64,000 nucleotides of DNA from Armatimonadota bacterium (lineage in GTDB: Bacteria > Armatimonadota > SYMT01): the NCBI GenBank assembly GCA_041690135.1, contig JAWLHY010000001.1:224001-288000 (forward strand). Reading direction: 5' to 3'. Within the stretch, counting starts at the first letter, position 1. The number at the start of each line of letters is the position of its first letter. The translations under genes were made by a program, and so were the position numbers. Positions 20,304 to 29,430 of this stretch are shown in pieces. The notes below the pieces were generated by a model that ran no database searches, had not been told where the DNA came from, and was given only the letters and a program-made list of their open reading frames with translations.

Positions 20304-21605
20304 ATGACGGATCTGGACCCCCGGCTAAACCGCCGGACCTTTTTGATGGGCGCGCTGGCCGCGCCGGTGCTCGCCCCTTCGATTGCCCGCGCCGCCGGAC
20401 CGGGTGAGAAGCTGAAGCTCGGGATTATCGGCGTCGGCGGCCGGGGCGAAGGGAACTGGAGCAACCTGACGAACGAGGAAGTCCTCGTGCTCTGCGACGT
20501 GGACACCACGCGGGTCTCCAAGGCCCACCAGGTGTTTCCCAGCGCGGAGGTCGTGCAGGACTTCCGCCGGGTCATCGACCGCAACGACCTGGACGGGGTG
20601 GTCATTTCCACGCCGGACCACTGGCACGCCATTCCCTCGGTGTGGGCGATGCAGACGGGCAAGCACGTCTACTGCGAGAAACCGCTCGCCCATTCCATCT
20701 ACGAGGCGCGCGTGATGCAGGAGGCGGCCCGCAAGTATAAGCGCGTCACCCAGATGGGCACGCAGATCCACGCCGGCGCCAACTACCGGCGCGTGGTGGA
20801 ACTGGTCCAGGCCGGGGCGATCGGTCCGGTGAAGCGGGTGGACGTGTGGTGCGAGAAGGCCCCCAACCCCGTGCAGCGGACCGTCGGCACCACCCCGCCT
20901 CCGCATCTGGACTACGAGCTGTGGGTCGGCCCCGCGCCGTGGCGCCCCTACGAGCCGGGCCTGGTGCCGTTCAACTGGCGCTGGTGGTGGGAGTTCGGCG
21001 GGGGAGTACTGGCCGACATGGCCTGCCATTACATGGACCTGCCGACGTGGGCCCTGGGTCTCCGGGCGCCGGAGCGGGTGAAAGCGGACGGTAAGCTTCC
21101 CGCCGACTCGGTCAACAAGATGCCTCAGGAGATGCGGGTCGACTTCTTCCATCCCTCCCGTGGCGACCGGGGAGAGGTCCAGGTGACCTGGTGGCACGGC
21201 ATCAGCGGCCCGCGCGATGCCAACGGCCAGGTGATCGACACCGGCTACCGCAACGGCGTCCTCTTCCATGGGGAGAAGGGCCAGATCCTGGCCGACTACG
21301 GTCGCCACAAGCTGCTGCCGGAAGAACAGTTCAAGGACTACCAGCGCCCCGCCCCGACCATTCCGGATTCGGTGGGACACCAGCGCGAATGGGCGGACGC
21401 CATCCGCAACGGGGGCACCCCCTTGTGCAACTTCGACTACGGCGGGTCTCTCACGGAGACGGTGCTCCTCGGCAATGTGGCTTACCACCTGGACCGGGAG
21501 ATCGAGTGGGACCCGAAGAAGCTCCGCGTGAAGAACGCAAAGAAGTCGGAATGGGAGCACCTGATCCGCCGCGAGTACCGCGGGGATTGGACGCTCAAGC
21601 GGTAG
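20304..21605 (+). CDS. Gfo/Idh/MocA family oxidoreductase with Tat signal
   Basis: NRRTFL twin-arginine motif, IIGVGGRG, STPDHWH, YCEKP. Confidence 0.92.
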   Translation: MTDLDPRLNRRTFLMGALAAPVLAPSIARAAGPGEKLKLGIIGVGGRGEGNWSNLTNEEVLVLCDVDTTRVSKAHQVFPSAEVVQDFRRVIDRNDLDGVVISTPDHWHAIPSVWAMQTGKHVYCEKPLAHSIYEARVMQEAARKYKRVTQMGTQIHAGANYRRVVELVQAGAIGPVKRVDVWCEKAPNPVQRTVGTTPPPHLDYELWVGPAPWRPYEPGLVPFNWRWWWEFGGGVLADMACHYMDLPTWALGLRAPERVKADGKLPADSVNKMPQEMRVDFFHPSRGDRGEVQVTWWHGISGPRDANGQVIDTGYRNGVLFHGEKGQILADYGRHKLLPEEQFKDYQRPAPTIPDSVGHQREWADAIRNGGTPLCNFDYGGSLTETVLLGNVAYHLDREIEWDPKKLRVKNAKKSEWEHLIRREYRGDWTLKR

Positions 21606-21675
21606 GGTTGCCAGGCTAGCGGGTAGGGCGGGCCCTGGAAGCACTTTCCGGGGCCCGTCCCTGTCCGGAGCAGCG

Positions 21676-22209
21676 CTAATCGTGCCTGCGTACGCTCCGA
21701 AGGAGATACGTCCGGTCCCGGTAGAGGTCGGCCCAAAAGGTGGTGAAGGGGCCTTCGAACCGCGTCACCTCCACCGCTCCGAAACGTTCTTCCATCTCCC
21801 GGCGCGTGGAACGGTGGATTCCGTCGCTGTGCGCATCGCCGAAGTGGGGGAGGAGCGCCTCGAATACGCCACCGGGCCGGAGCACCCGATAGCATTCCGC
21901 CACCAGCAATCCCAGTGCCTCCAGGTAAAGGTGGAGCACGAACCCGCAGTGTACGCGGGTGAAAACGGCATCGCGGAACGGGATGAAGGACCGTGCCTTT
22001 CCAGTTTCCACCGAATGCTCCGGCCGAACTTCCGCCCCTACTCTCCGGACATTTGGCGATAGCGTTTCCAGCCGGCCGGATGCAATCATTCCCGAGGTGA
22101 GGAGCGGATCCATCGCCAACCGCAGCACGCCTTCGGACGCCGGGGTTGCCACCCAATGCTCCGCGTTGATGCCCGAGCCCACGTCCAGCCACCATTCGCG
22201 GAGTGCCAT
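21676..22209 (-). CDS. Class I SAM-dependent methyltransferase
   Basis: LDVGSG motif I, IPFRDAVF, ECYRVLRPGG. Confidence 0.75.
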   Translation of the reverse strand: MALREWWLDVGSGINAEHWVATPASEGVLRLAMDPLLTSGMIASGRLETLSPNVRRVGAEVRPEHSVETGKARSFIPFRDAVFTRVHCGFVLHLYLEALGLLVAECYRVLRPGGVFEALLPHFGDAHSDGIHRSTRREMEERFGAVEVTRFEGPFTTFWADLYRDRTYLLRSVRRHD

Positions 22210-23339
22210 TAAGGGTGGTTCGGCACCTCGCAGGAAACGAATGTAAAGGAGTAGATCCCCATCCCCGGATCGCCGGTCGCCAGCTTCAGGGTCCGCTGGG
22301 CGAACTTCGCGTTCTTGATGATGTTGTACATGCGCGGTTCGTCGATCAGCAGGTAGCTCCGGCCCTTCTCGTCGTACCGGATGTCGGTCCCCTTGTCCGC
22401 CTTCGCGACGGGCTTGTTGTCGTGGTAGACGTAGACCCGCACCGGCAGGCCGGACTCCGGCTTCAGCACGGAGTTCACTTCCAGGGCGTGGTACTTGATA
22501 CCGATGTAATCCCGGGGATCCGGAATCTTGCGGCTGCTGATGAGGGCCTCCGCATTATTCAGCCACGGCCCCTTCACATACACCAGGCCGTCTTCCCACT
22601 TGCCCGGGTCCTTATAAGTGACCGTCTTCCCCGGCTGATACCCCTCGCGGTTAGCCAGGGTGCCCTCATGGCCGCCGCGCTCGTATCCCAGGTAGAGTTC
22701 CGGCGTAACAGGGTAACAGACGGCACCCGGCTTGTCCGTGCCCCGGAGGGCCTTCGTGATGGGCGGGAGTTCTACCTTGGGATTCAGCTCCCGGAGCATC
22801 TTCTGGATCTTCTCTTCGGTCGCCTCATAGGCGCCCTCGCCGAAGTGGAAGTACCGGACGAAGCCGTCTTTATCGATCAGGTACTTGGCCGGCCAGTACC
22901 GGTTGCTGTACGATCGCCAGACCACGTAGTCGCTGTCGATCACGATCGGGTAGGTGAGGCCGAACTTCTTGGCGGAGTGGGTGACGTTCTGCTCCAGCTT
23001 GGCGAACTGGAACTCCGGGGTGTGGACCCCTACGATCACCAGGCCTTTATCCTTATACTTCTCGTGCCAGGCCTTGAGATAGGGGAGGGTGCGAATGCAG
23101 TTGACGCAGGTGTACTCCCAGAAGTCGATGAGCACCACCTTCCCCTTGAGCTGCTCCATCGTCAGCGGCTCGGAGTTCAGCCATTTGAGACCCTGGGCCA
23201 GCGGAGGCGCTTCCACCCGGATCTCGTCGTCAGGGCCGGGGGCGGCGACCGCCGGGGTAGACCCGCGGCCGAGTAAGGCGACCCCCATGAGGAGTGCCAG
23301 GAGCAGGGAGCCGGTGAAGTAGGGCTTGTTTCGTTCCAT
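22209..23339 (-). CDS. Exported thioredoxin-like redoxin (DipZ C-terminal-like)
   Basis: Hydrophobic N-terminus, DFWEYTCVNC, GVHTPEF, NRYWPAKYLID, HFGEGAY, TPELYLG, YSFTF. Confidence 0.85.
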   Translation of the reverse strand: MERNKPYFTGSLLLALLMGVALLGRGSTPAVAAPGPDDEIRVEAPPLAQGLKWLNSEPLTMEQLKGKVVLIDFWEYTCVNCIRTLPYLKAWHEKYKDKGLVIVGVHTPEFQFAKLEQNVTHSAKKFGLTYPIVIDSDYVVWRSYSNRYWPAKYLIDKDGFVRYFHFGEGAYEATEEKIQKMLRELNPKVELPPITKALRGTDKPGAVCYPVTPELYLGYERGGHEGTLANREGYQPGKTVTYKDPGKWEDGLVYVKGPWLNNAEALISSRKIPDPRDYIGIKYHALEVNSVLKPESGLPVRVYVYHDNKPVAKADKGTDIRYDEKGRSYLLIDEPRMYNIIKNAKFAQRTLKLATGDPGMGIYSFTFVSCEVPNHP

Positions 23340-23561
23340 ACCCGAATTCGTTGGTCGTGCGAGGCGCTCGGGGTAGGAGGAGCGCCGCGGCCCCAAGTCC
23401 TCCCCGGGGGCCAAGTTTGCCCCATTGTACCATGGCCTCCGCCCCCCGACCAATGCGCGGCGGCCCGGCTGTCACATCCGTGCATTGCGATCTGTTTGAA
23501 ATCAACGCTACTCCAGGGCCAATTCTGCCGATGTTCGAGTTAGAGGGGACCTATCCGCAGC

Positions 23562-24752
23562 ATGAAACTCTCCCGGCGTGATCTCATCATCGCATCCTTA
23601 CCCCCGGTCGGAACAGTCCTGACCGGATGCGTCGGATCCGGCGCTCGCCGCAACGGACCGACGGTCGCCACTCGCCGAGAACCGGTTCGCGATCCCTTTC
23701 ACGGTGGCGAAAAACTGGGGGTGGTGGAGTTCGTCGGGGAGGGACGGCCGCCTCTGGACACCGCCTTCGGCGAGGGTCTCGATGGGCGTCTTTACACGGA
23801 CCTGACTCGTCTTTCTCCCGAAGGGACGAGTGTTCCCAACGACAGCTTCTACATTCGCACCCGCTGCCCCGAGAGGCTGGATGCGGGCTCGGACTGGAAC
23901 CTCCGCCTGCATGGGATGGTGGCCCGTCCCGTGGACTTGCCCATCTCCGACTTGTTGAAGGCAGAGCGACCCATGGGCGTGCACCTGATGGAGTGCGCGG
24001 GAAACACCGCCGGGGGGCGTTTCGGGATGATCGGCGCGGCGGAGTGGTCCGGCGTGCCACTGGCAGAGGTTCTCGACCGGGTGCAGCCCCATCCCGGCAC
24101 CAACCGAATTTCCGTAGCCGGGTACGACCGCCACCTCCGTGGCTCCCGGCACTCGGTCGCGGGGGCGAGCTGGATCTTTACGCGGGAACAGCTTGAGGAG
24201 GCCGGCGCTTTTCTGGCGACCCGGATGAACGGCGAACCGTTGCCCCGCGACCACGGCTACCCGGTGCGCCTGCTGGTACCCGGATGGTACGGCTGCGTGA
24301 GCGCGAAATGGGTGAACGAGATCCGATGGGTGAATGATGACGAACCCGCCACCACCCAGATGCGGGAGTTCGCGGTCCGCACCCACCAATCGGGGATTCC
24401 GCAGCTCGCCCGAAATTATCTCCCTGCGCGGATCGACCGCGCCGCCATGCCGATTCGCGTGGAGAAGTGGCGCGTGGACGGCAAGCTCCGCTACCGGGTG
24501 GTGGGGATCGCCTGGGGAGGGCGAGGGGAGCGGGACCTGGAGATCCGGTTCACGCCGGACGGCGCCTACGAGCCAGTCGCCGATCCGCCACCAGCCGGCG
24601 AGACCGCCTCCTGGTCACTCTGGTCGCACCCGTTCCAGCCTACCGTCGCCGCGGATTACGCCATCCAGCTCCGGCTTGCCGACCGCACGGTGACCACTCG
24701 CCGCCTGGACCGCGGCCATTACCTCCGGTATGCCCGGATCGACGAAGTTTGA
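23562..24752 (+). CDS. Sulfite-oxidase-family molybdopterin oxidoreductase, predicted Tat lipoprotein
   Basis: SRRDLI plus LTGC lipobox, MECAGN Mo-ligand Cys, MNGEPLPRDHGYPVRLLVPGWYG..KWV. Confidence 0.88.
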   Translation: MKLSRRDLIIASLPPVGTVLTGCVGSGARRNGPTVATRREPVRDPFHGGEKLGVVEFVGEGRPPLDTAFGEGLDGRLYTDLTRLSPEGTSVPNDSFYIRTRCPERLDAGSDWNLRLHGMVARPVDLPISDLLKAERPMGVHLMECAGNTAGGRFGMIGAAEWSGVPLAEVLDRVQPHPGTNRISVAGYDRHLRGSRHSVAGASWIFTREQLEEAGAFLATRMNGEPLPRDHGYPVRLLVPGWYGCVSAKWVNEIRWVNDDEPATTQMREFAVRTHQSGIPQLARNYLPARIDRAAMPIRVEKWRVDGKLRYRVVGIAWGGRGERDLEIRFTPDGAYEPVADPPPAGETASWSLWSHPFQPTVAADYAIQLRLADRTVTTRRLDRGHYLRYARIDEV

Positions 24753-24907
24753 TCCCCCGCAATCGCAACCCCGCTCTCCGGAAACGTTGCGCGGCCTCAG
24801 CAAACTGCCAGTAATCGAGTTGCAAGCAGAACCCCTTTCCCGCCTATAGAGAACAGGTTGCCGCCCAACCGCGCCGCAACCGCGCTGCTGGACTGAAGGA
24901 GTTCACA

Positions 24908-25645
24908 ATGCACTCATCCCGATCCCTACATCGCTCCGGACGGCCGCGAAAGGCATTCACCCTCATCGAGTTGCTCGTGGTGATCGCCATTATCGCCATC
25001 CTCGCCGCCATCCTCTTCCCCGTCTTCGCCCGCGCCCGCGAGGCGGCCCGCGCCAGCTCTTGCCGCTCCAACCTCAAGCAGATGGGTACCGCCTGGAGTC
25101 TCTACACCCAGGACTACGACGAGCTGAGCCCGCGCTCCAACATCAGCCCCGTTGGCCCCTACACACTACCCAACGGCGCCACGCACTCGGCGGGCGTCTT
25201 GCTCTGGCACACCATGCTTCACCCTTACCTGAAGAATGTGGGGGTGGTGGACTGCCCCAGCGGCGGCGGCGAGTCCAGCAAGTACACCGGCAACTACACG
25301 GGAGGGGGACGGTACGGACAGAATGCCGTCAGCGCTGGGGCCGCCCTGGCCCAGTACAGCCGTCCCGCCGAGACTTCCATCTACGCGGACGTGCGCTCTA
25401 ACTACCACAAGGGCGGTGGGGCGGACATCGCCGGCTGCTGCTACACGCTGGACCGCTGGGATGAACTGGCGGACCGCCACAGCGACACGCTCAACGTCGC
25501 CTACGCGGACGGCCACGTGAAGTCCATCAAGAAGCGGAACGTCGCCTTCGAAGGGACGCCGTCAGTAGTAGCACCGTCAGACGAGATGGCCTCCCGCAAG
25601 ACCACCGGGGGCGAAGACATCTTCTGGCGGGCCGACGTCCCGTAG
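24908..25645 (+). CDS. Prepilin-type N-terminal cleavage/methylation protein with H-X9-DG motif (DUF1559-like), copy 1
   Basis: [53 protein letters not shown]. Confidence 0.92.
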   Translation: MHSSRSLHRSGRPRKAFTLIELLVVIAIIAILAAILFPVFARAREAARASSCRSNLKQMGTAWSLYTQDYDELSPRSNISPVGPYTLPNGATHSAGVLLWHTMLHPYLKNVGVVDCPSGGGESSKYTGNYTGGGRYGQNAVSAGAALAQYSRPAETSIYADVRSNYHKGGGADIAGCCYTLDRWDELADRHSDTLNVAYADGHVKSIKKRNVAFEGTPSVVAPSDEMASRKTTGGEDIFWRADVP

Positions 25646-25686
25646 AAGCGCTTCAGGGTCTTCTGCACGATTGGGACACGCACGTC

Positions 25687-25717
25687 AAACCGGGAAGGCT
25701 GCCGCCCTTCCCGGTTT
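25687..25717 (+). terminator. Intrinsic terminator-like hairpin
   Basis: AAACCGGGAAGG-7 nt-CCTTCCCGGTTT downstream of prepilin copy 1. Confidence 0.7.
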
Positions 25718-25922
25718 CCTACTCACCGATGGAAAACCGCCTCGCACGCGTGCAGGCAGAACACCTGACCGACCACGACCCAACGACACAAATGGGCCTG
25801 GAAGAGAACTCAGTAAAATCCCAACATGGGAAGCAGGTGATCCGCAGCTTGCCCTCCAATAATCAACATGCCTTTACTCAACATCCTTGCAACCGCAAGG
25901 TCGCCTCTTAGGAGGGCCTACG

Positions 25923-26669
25923 ATGCTCCTGTTCCGACGACCTCGGAAGGCATTCACCCTGATCGAGCTTCTCGTGGTGATCGCCATTATTGCCATCCTC
26001 GCCGCCATCCTCTTCCCCGTCTTCGCTCGCGCACGCGAGGCGGCCCGCGCCAGCTCTTGCCGCTCCAACCTAAAACAGATGGCCACAGCGTGGGGGATGT
26101 ACACCCAAGATTATGATGAGCTATCGCCACGCTCCGCCAACGGCCCCAACCACCCGCCTTACACACTCCCTAACGGCGCAACCCATTCGGCCGGGTATAT
26201 GTTGTGGCACACCATGATCCACCCCTATCTCAAAAACGTGGGGGTGGTGGACTGTCCGAGCGGTGGCAGCGAGTCCAGCAAGTACACCGGCAACTACACC
26301 GGTGGAGGCCGTTACGGACAAAACGCCGTCAGTGCCGGCGCTGCGTTGGCGCAGTTCAACCGTCCCGCTGATACGATGATCTATGCGGACGTGCGCTCGA
26401 CGTACCACAAGGGTAGTCCTTCTAACACAGACATTGGTTCAGCAGCGGGAGTTCCAAACACCTGTGCCTACACCCTGGACCGATGGGACGAGCTTTGCGA
26501 TCGTCATAGCGATACGCTCAATGTCGCTTACGCCGACGGCCACGTGAAGTCTACAAAGAAGCGGCAGGTCCCCTACGAGTCCATTTCTCCCATCAACAAT
26601 GGGGATGAAGCGGGCGACCGGAAGAAGACCCCTGCGGAAGACATTTTCTGGCTCTGCACCCGCCCGTAA
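25923..26669 (+). CDS. Prepilin-type H-X9-DG protein, copy 2 (close paralog of copy 1)
   Basis: Same motifs as copy 1; ATG 25923 after AGGAGG. Confidence 0.92.
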   Translation: MLLFRRPRKAFTLIELLVVIAIIAILAAILFPVFARAREAARASSCRSNLKQMATAWGMYTQDYDELSPRSANGPNHPPYTLPNGATHSAGYMLWHTMIHPYLKNVGVVDCPSGGSESSKYTGNYTGGGRYGQNAVSAGAALAQFNRPADTMIYADVRSTYHKGSPSNTDIGSAAGVPNTCAYTLDRWDELCDRHSDTLNVAYADGHVKSTKKRQVPYESISPINNGDEAGDRKKTPAEDIFWLCTRP

Positions 26670-26700
26670 GCCAGACAGGCTAACGCCACCAGTTACAGAG

Positions 26701-26726
26701 GGCCTGGACAGAGTTCTGTCCAGGCC
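26701..26726. terminator. Hairpin between convergent genes
   Basis: GGCCTGGACAGA/TCTGTCCAGGCC inverted repeat. Confidence 0.6.
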
Positions 26727-26786
26727 TTCGCAGTCGTTATTGCAGGTGTCGTGATGCCTGTATGGGCAATTATTCCCCGTACCGCT

Positions 26787-27614
26787 CTAGTGCCCGCAGC
26801 AGGAACAAGCCGCGGCAGTGGCCTCTTTGTGCGCATCCAGGGTGGTCCGGGGTGGATTGGCGGGGTCCACCGCCGGAGCCGGGGTGTTGCCGCCCGTCCA
26901 GGCCCACTCGGTCCAGGTGCCGTTCCGGCCGGTCATGTCCCACTTCCAGCCGGCGAACGGCTCGTTCAGGGTGAGTTTCAGGCTCTCACCCACCCGCCAC
27001 ACCGTCCCCTCGGCGAAGTTGACGTTGTGGACCACGATCTGCTTGTTGTCGCGGCCGGTGCGCGCGGTGGTCTCGGCGGTCACGAAGCCCTTGACCACGG
27101 TCCGGAACCCCCCCTTGGTCCGGGTGAAGGATATGTCCGCAGGGGAAGCCAGCAGCCGTTTCTTCTCCCTTACGCGGCTGGGCGTGAAGATGCGCACCAA
27201 CAACTCCTGCGTTGCACGCGGGAACCGTTTATCCACGTACACCGCCGCCTCGAACTTCGGCGAGGGTTTGGCCTTCAGATCCGCCGTGCTCGGATAAACC
27301 GCTACCACCGTCGCCCCATCCAGTTTCTTGCCGTGGGCGGTGCCGCGGTCGATGTGGTGGACCATCACCATCCGGCAACTCGTCAACTGCGGGCCGAACA
27401 TGCACGGGCACCCCACGTTGCAGGAGCAATGGTGAATGCTCACCCCCGTGGCCTGCGGCTTCTTCGGCGTGCCGCTCGGCCCCGCCGGCTTCCGCCCCGC
27501 TAGCGGCTTGCGGGCCTGCGCCGCCAGCAGCGTTCCCGCGCTCGCCAACATGCCGGCCGTCCCAATAGCGACGATGAGGCGGCGTCCCGGATGCCCGGCG
27601 TTGAAAGGAAACAT
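26787..27614 (-). CDS. Exported DUF1326-like Cys-motif protein
   Basis: Signal peptide, CSCNVGCPCMF..C motif, HIDRG..LDG, C-terminal CSCCGH. Confidence 0.65.
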   Translation of the reverse strand: MFPFNAGHPGRRLIVAIGTAGMLASAGTLLAAQARKPLAGRKPAGPSGTPKKPQATGVSIHHCSCNVGCPCMFGPQLTSCRMVMVHHIDRGTAHGKKLDGATVVAVYPSTADLKAKPSPKFEAAVYVDKRFPRATQELLVRIFTPSRVREKKRLLASPADISFTRTKGGFRTVVKGFVTAETTARTGRDNKQIVVHNVNFAEGTVWRVGESLKLTLNEPFAGWKWDMTGRNGTWTEWAWTGGNTPAPAVDPANPPRTTLDAHKEATAAACSCCGH

Positions 27615-27793
27615 TCAGACGTTCTCCATAGGTGTGAGCCCGGACTCACGCGGGATTTGGTAATAAACCGTTAACGCCGTGGTCGCCAAATCCTAACACG
27701 ACGGAAGCGATGGCGTAACTTCCGAGCGCCAAACTCAGCATGGTCCGGCCCCTTCCGGCCGGTTCTCCTCTCACAAAGGAGTCGTGTAAAGCC

Positions 27794-28504
27794 ATGAAGA
27801 GACGCGCTTTCACCCTCATCGAGCTACTCGTCGTGATAGCGATCATCGCTATCCTCGCCGCCATCCTTTTTCCCGTCTTCGCGCAGGCCCGCGAAGCGGC
27901 ACGGAAGGCGAGTTGCCAGTCGAATTTCAAGCAGGTGGCCCTGGCTTTCAACATGTATAGCACCGACTTCGATGGGAATATGGTTCCCGCGGCCACCCTC
28001 GTAGCGCCGGGCTACACCTTTCCCAACGGCTGTACCATCGGCGCCGCCGGCTGCGGAGGTTATTCCGTGGGCGCCCAGATGTGCTGTTCCTTGTGGGGGC
28101 ACTCCCTCTATCCCTACGTGAAGAACGTCGGGGTCTACTCCTGCCCCAGCAATCTCTACAAGTATCCGGGCAACTATCACCCCTACGGTGGCATCTCCGC
28201 CAACCCCCTGGCGGTCGGCGCGTGCGGTACGCCGTTCAACGACTCCGCTTTCGAGAAGCCGGCCGATACGGTGCTGTTTGTCGACTCCGGCACCCGGGGA
28301 GCGGCCGGCGACTACTACCTGGCCTGGTGGGGCTACGCCTTCGCCAACAATGCCACCACCGTGGCACCGCGCCACAGCGAAACCGTTACCGTGGGCTGGG
28401 TCGACGGTCACGTGAAGGCGATGAAGGCGGGCCTGCTCCAGAGCAACGATCCCTATAGCTGTTCGGCGGGGCACCCGCTGTGGCGGCCGTTTAACAAACT
28501 GTAA
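27794..28504 (+). CDS. Prepilin-type H-X9-DG protein, copy 3
   Basis: [46 protein letters not shown]. Confidence 0.92.
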   Translation: MKRRAFTLIELLVVIAIIAILAAILFPVFAQAREAARKASCQSNFKQVALAFNMYSTDFDGNMVPAATLVAPGYTFPNGCTIGAAGCGGYSVGAQMCCSLWGHSLYPYVKNVGVYSCPSNLYKYPGNYHPYGGISANPLAVGACGTPFNDSAFEKPADTVLFVDSGTRGAAGDYYLAWWGYAFANNATTVAPRHSETVTVGWVDGHVKAMKAGLLQSNDPYSCSAGHPLWRPFNKL

Positions 28505-28519
28505 GGGATACTCTCGTCA

Positions 28520-28783
28520 ATGATCACCGCCAACCTCAATCAGCCCCTTCGCCGTGGACTTTCGCTCGGCGCGGCCATTGCTTTAAGCGCCGGTCTCATC
28601 GGCTGTAACCCGCCGAATTCCCCCACGCCCTCCGCCGCGGGTGGAGTACCGCCGCAGCCGTTGCCGCCTACCGCCGCATCCGGAGCGCCGGGCGCCATGC
28701 CCGCCGCGGGAATGCCCGCCCAGGCCATGCCCGCCGCGGGCGCGCCGGCCATGCCCCAGGGTGCGGCCCCGGCGGCCCCGTAG
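28520..28783 (+). CDS. Small Pro/Ala/Met-rich lipoprotein
   Basis: Hydrophobic stretch with LIGC lipobox, AMPAAG repeats, 15 bp after prepilin copy 3. Confidence 0.65.
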   Translation: MITANLNQPLRRGLSLGAAIALSAGLIGCNPPNSPTPSAAGGVPPQPLPPTAASGAPGAMPAAGMPAQAMPAAGAPAMPQGAAPAAP

Positions 28784-28908
28784 ACCCCAGGGGAGGCTGT
28801 GCGCGAGTATCCGCCTCCCCATCCTTCCGGGGTTTACGGGGCCTGTCGCCTCACTCGGGCCCTATTCGTCCGCCCTGTTGATCTGGCAGGACGGCTCGGT
28901 ACTCTGTC

Positions 28909-29073
28909 GCCCCTCCGGGGCTCTTTCATACGGTCGGCACGTCCGGGGGTTTGCACCCCCGGCTATGCTCTTTCCGCCCCTCCGGGGCTCCGAAGCGGCC
29001 CTCCGGAGCTCCGAAGCACACCTCCGGGGCTCCGAACCGCCCCTCCGGGGCTCCGAAGCGCCCGTCCGGGGCT
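28909..29073. repeat. REP-like repeat copy 2 with 21-bp tandem expansion
   Basis: 28941-28989 matches 12878-12926; about 4.7 copies of GCCCCTCCGGGGCTCCGAAGC at 28976-29073; extra GCCCCTCCGGGGCT at 28909. Confidence 0.85.
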
Positions 29074-29159
29074 GGTCACTCACGTCAAGTAAAAGCTGAT
29101 GTATCCTGGCGATGCGGAAGGGCGGCTCCATCTGTGGGCACGTTGGTGGAGCCTATCCC

Positions 29160-29341
29160 ATCTTTCCCATCCCATTCGGGCCGTATGGCTGCGTCATCTG
29201 TGGGCTCCCTCCGTCCCCATCGCTTCCGTCCTCTTTCCGCGTCCATCCCATACGGGCAAGCTCGCGTGTTCCGCGGGCAATCTCCCCCTCAATCTTTCCC
29301 ATCCCATACGGGCCGTAGGGCCGCGCTCATCTGTGGGCTCC
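29160..29341. repeat. Two ~50-bp direct repeats ending in CATCTGTGGGCTCC
   Basis: ATCTTTCCCATCCCAT.CGGGCCGTA.GG...CATCTGTGGGCTCC at 29160-29208 and 29292-29341. Confidence 0.75.
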
Positions 29342-29430
29342 GCTTAACAACCCCGGCGTGCGTGTGAGATACTTTCTCCGTCTTCCGGCCCGGCAATCCA
29401 GTGGGTCCGGAGCAGCCGGATGAAGCACGC

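Noticed and set aside
18583-20307. Short ORFs within the repeat array (e.g. MTESRCEAGLRD...)
   Set aside because: They appear on both strands as a by-product of the inverted repeats, and their lengths differ among near-identical units.
24908-26669. Diversity-generating retroelement (template/variable repeat) between prepilin copies
   Set aside because: Differences are largely synonymous, include indels and are not adenine-specific; no reverse transcriptase in the window.
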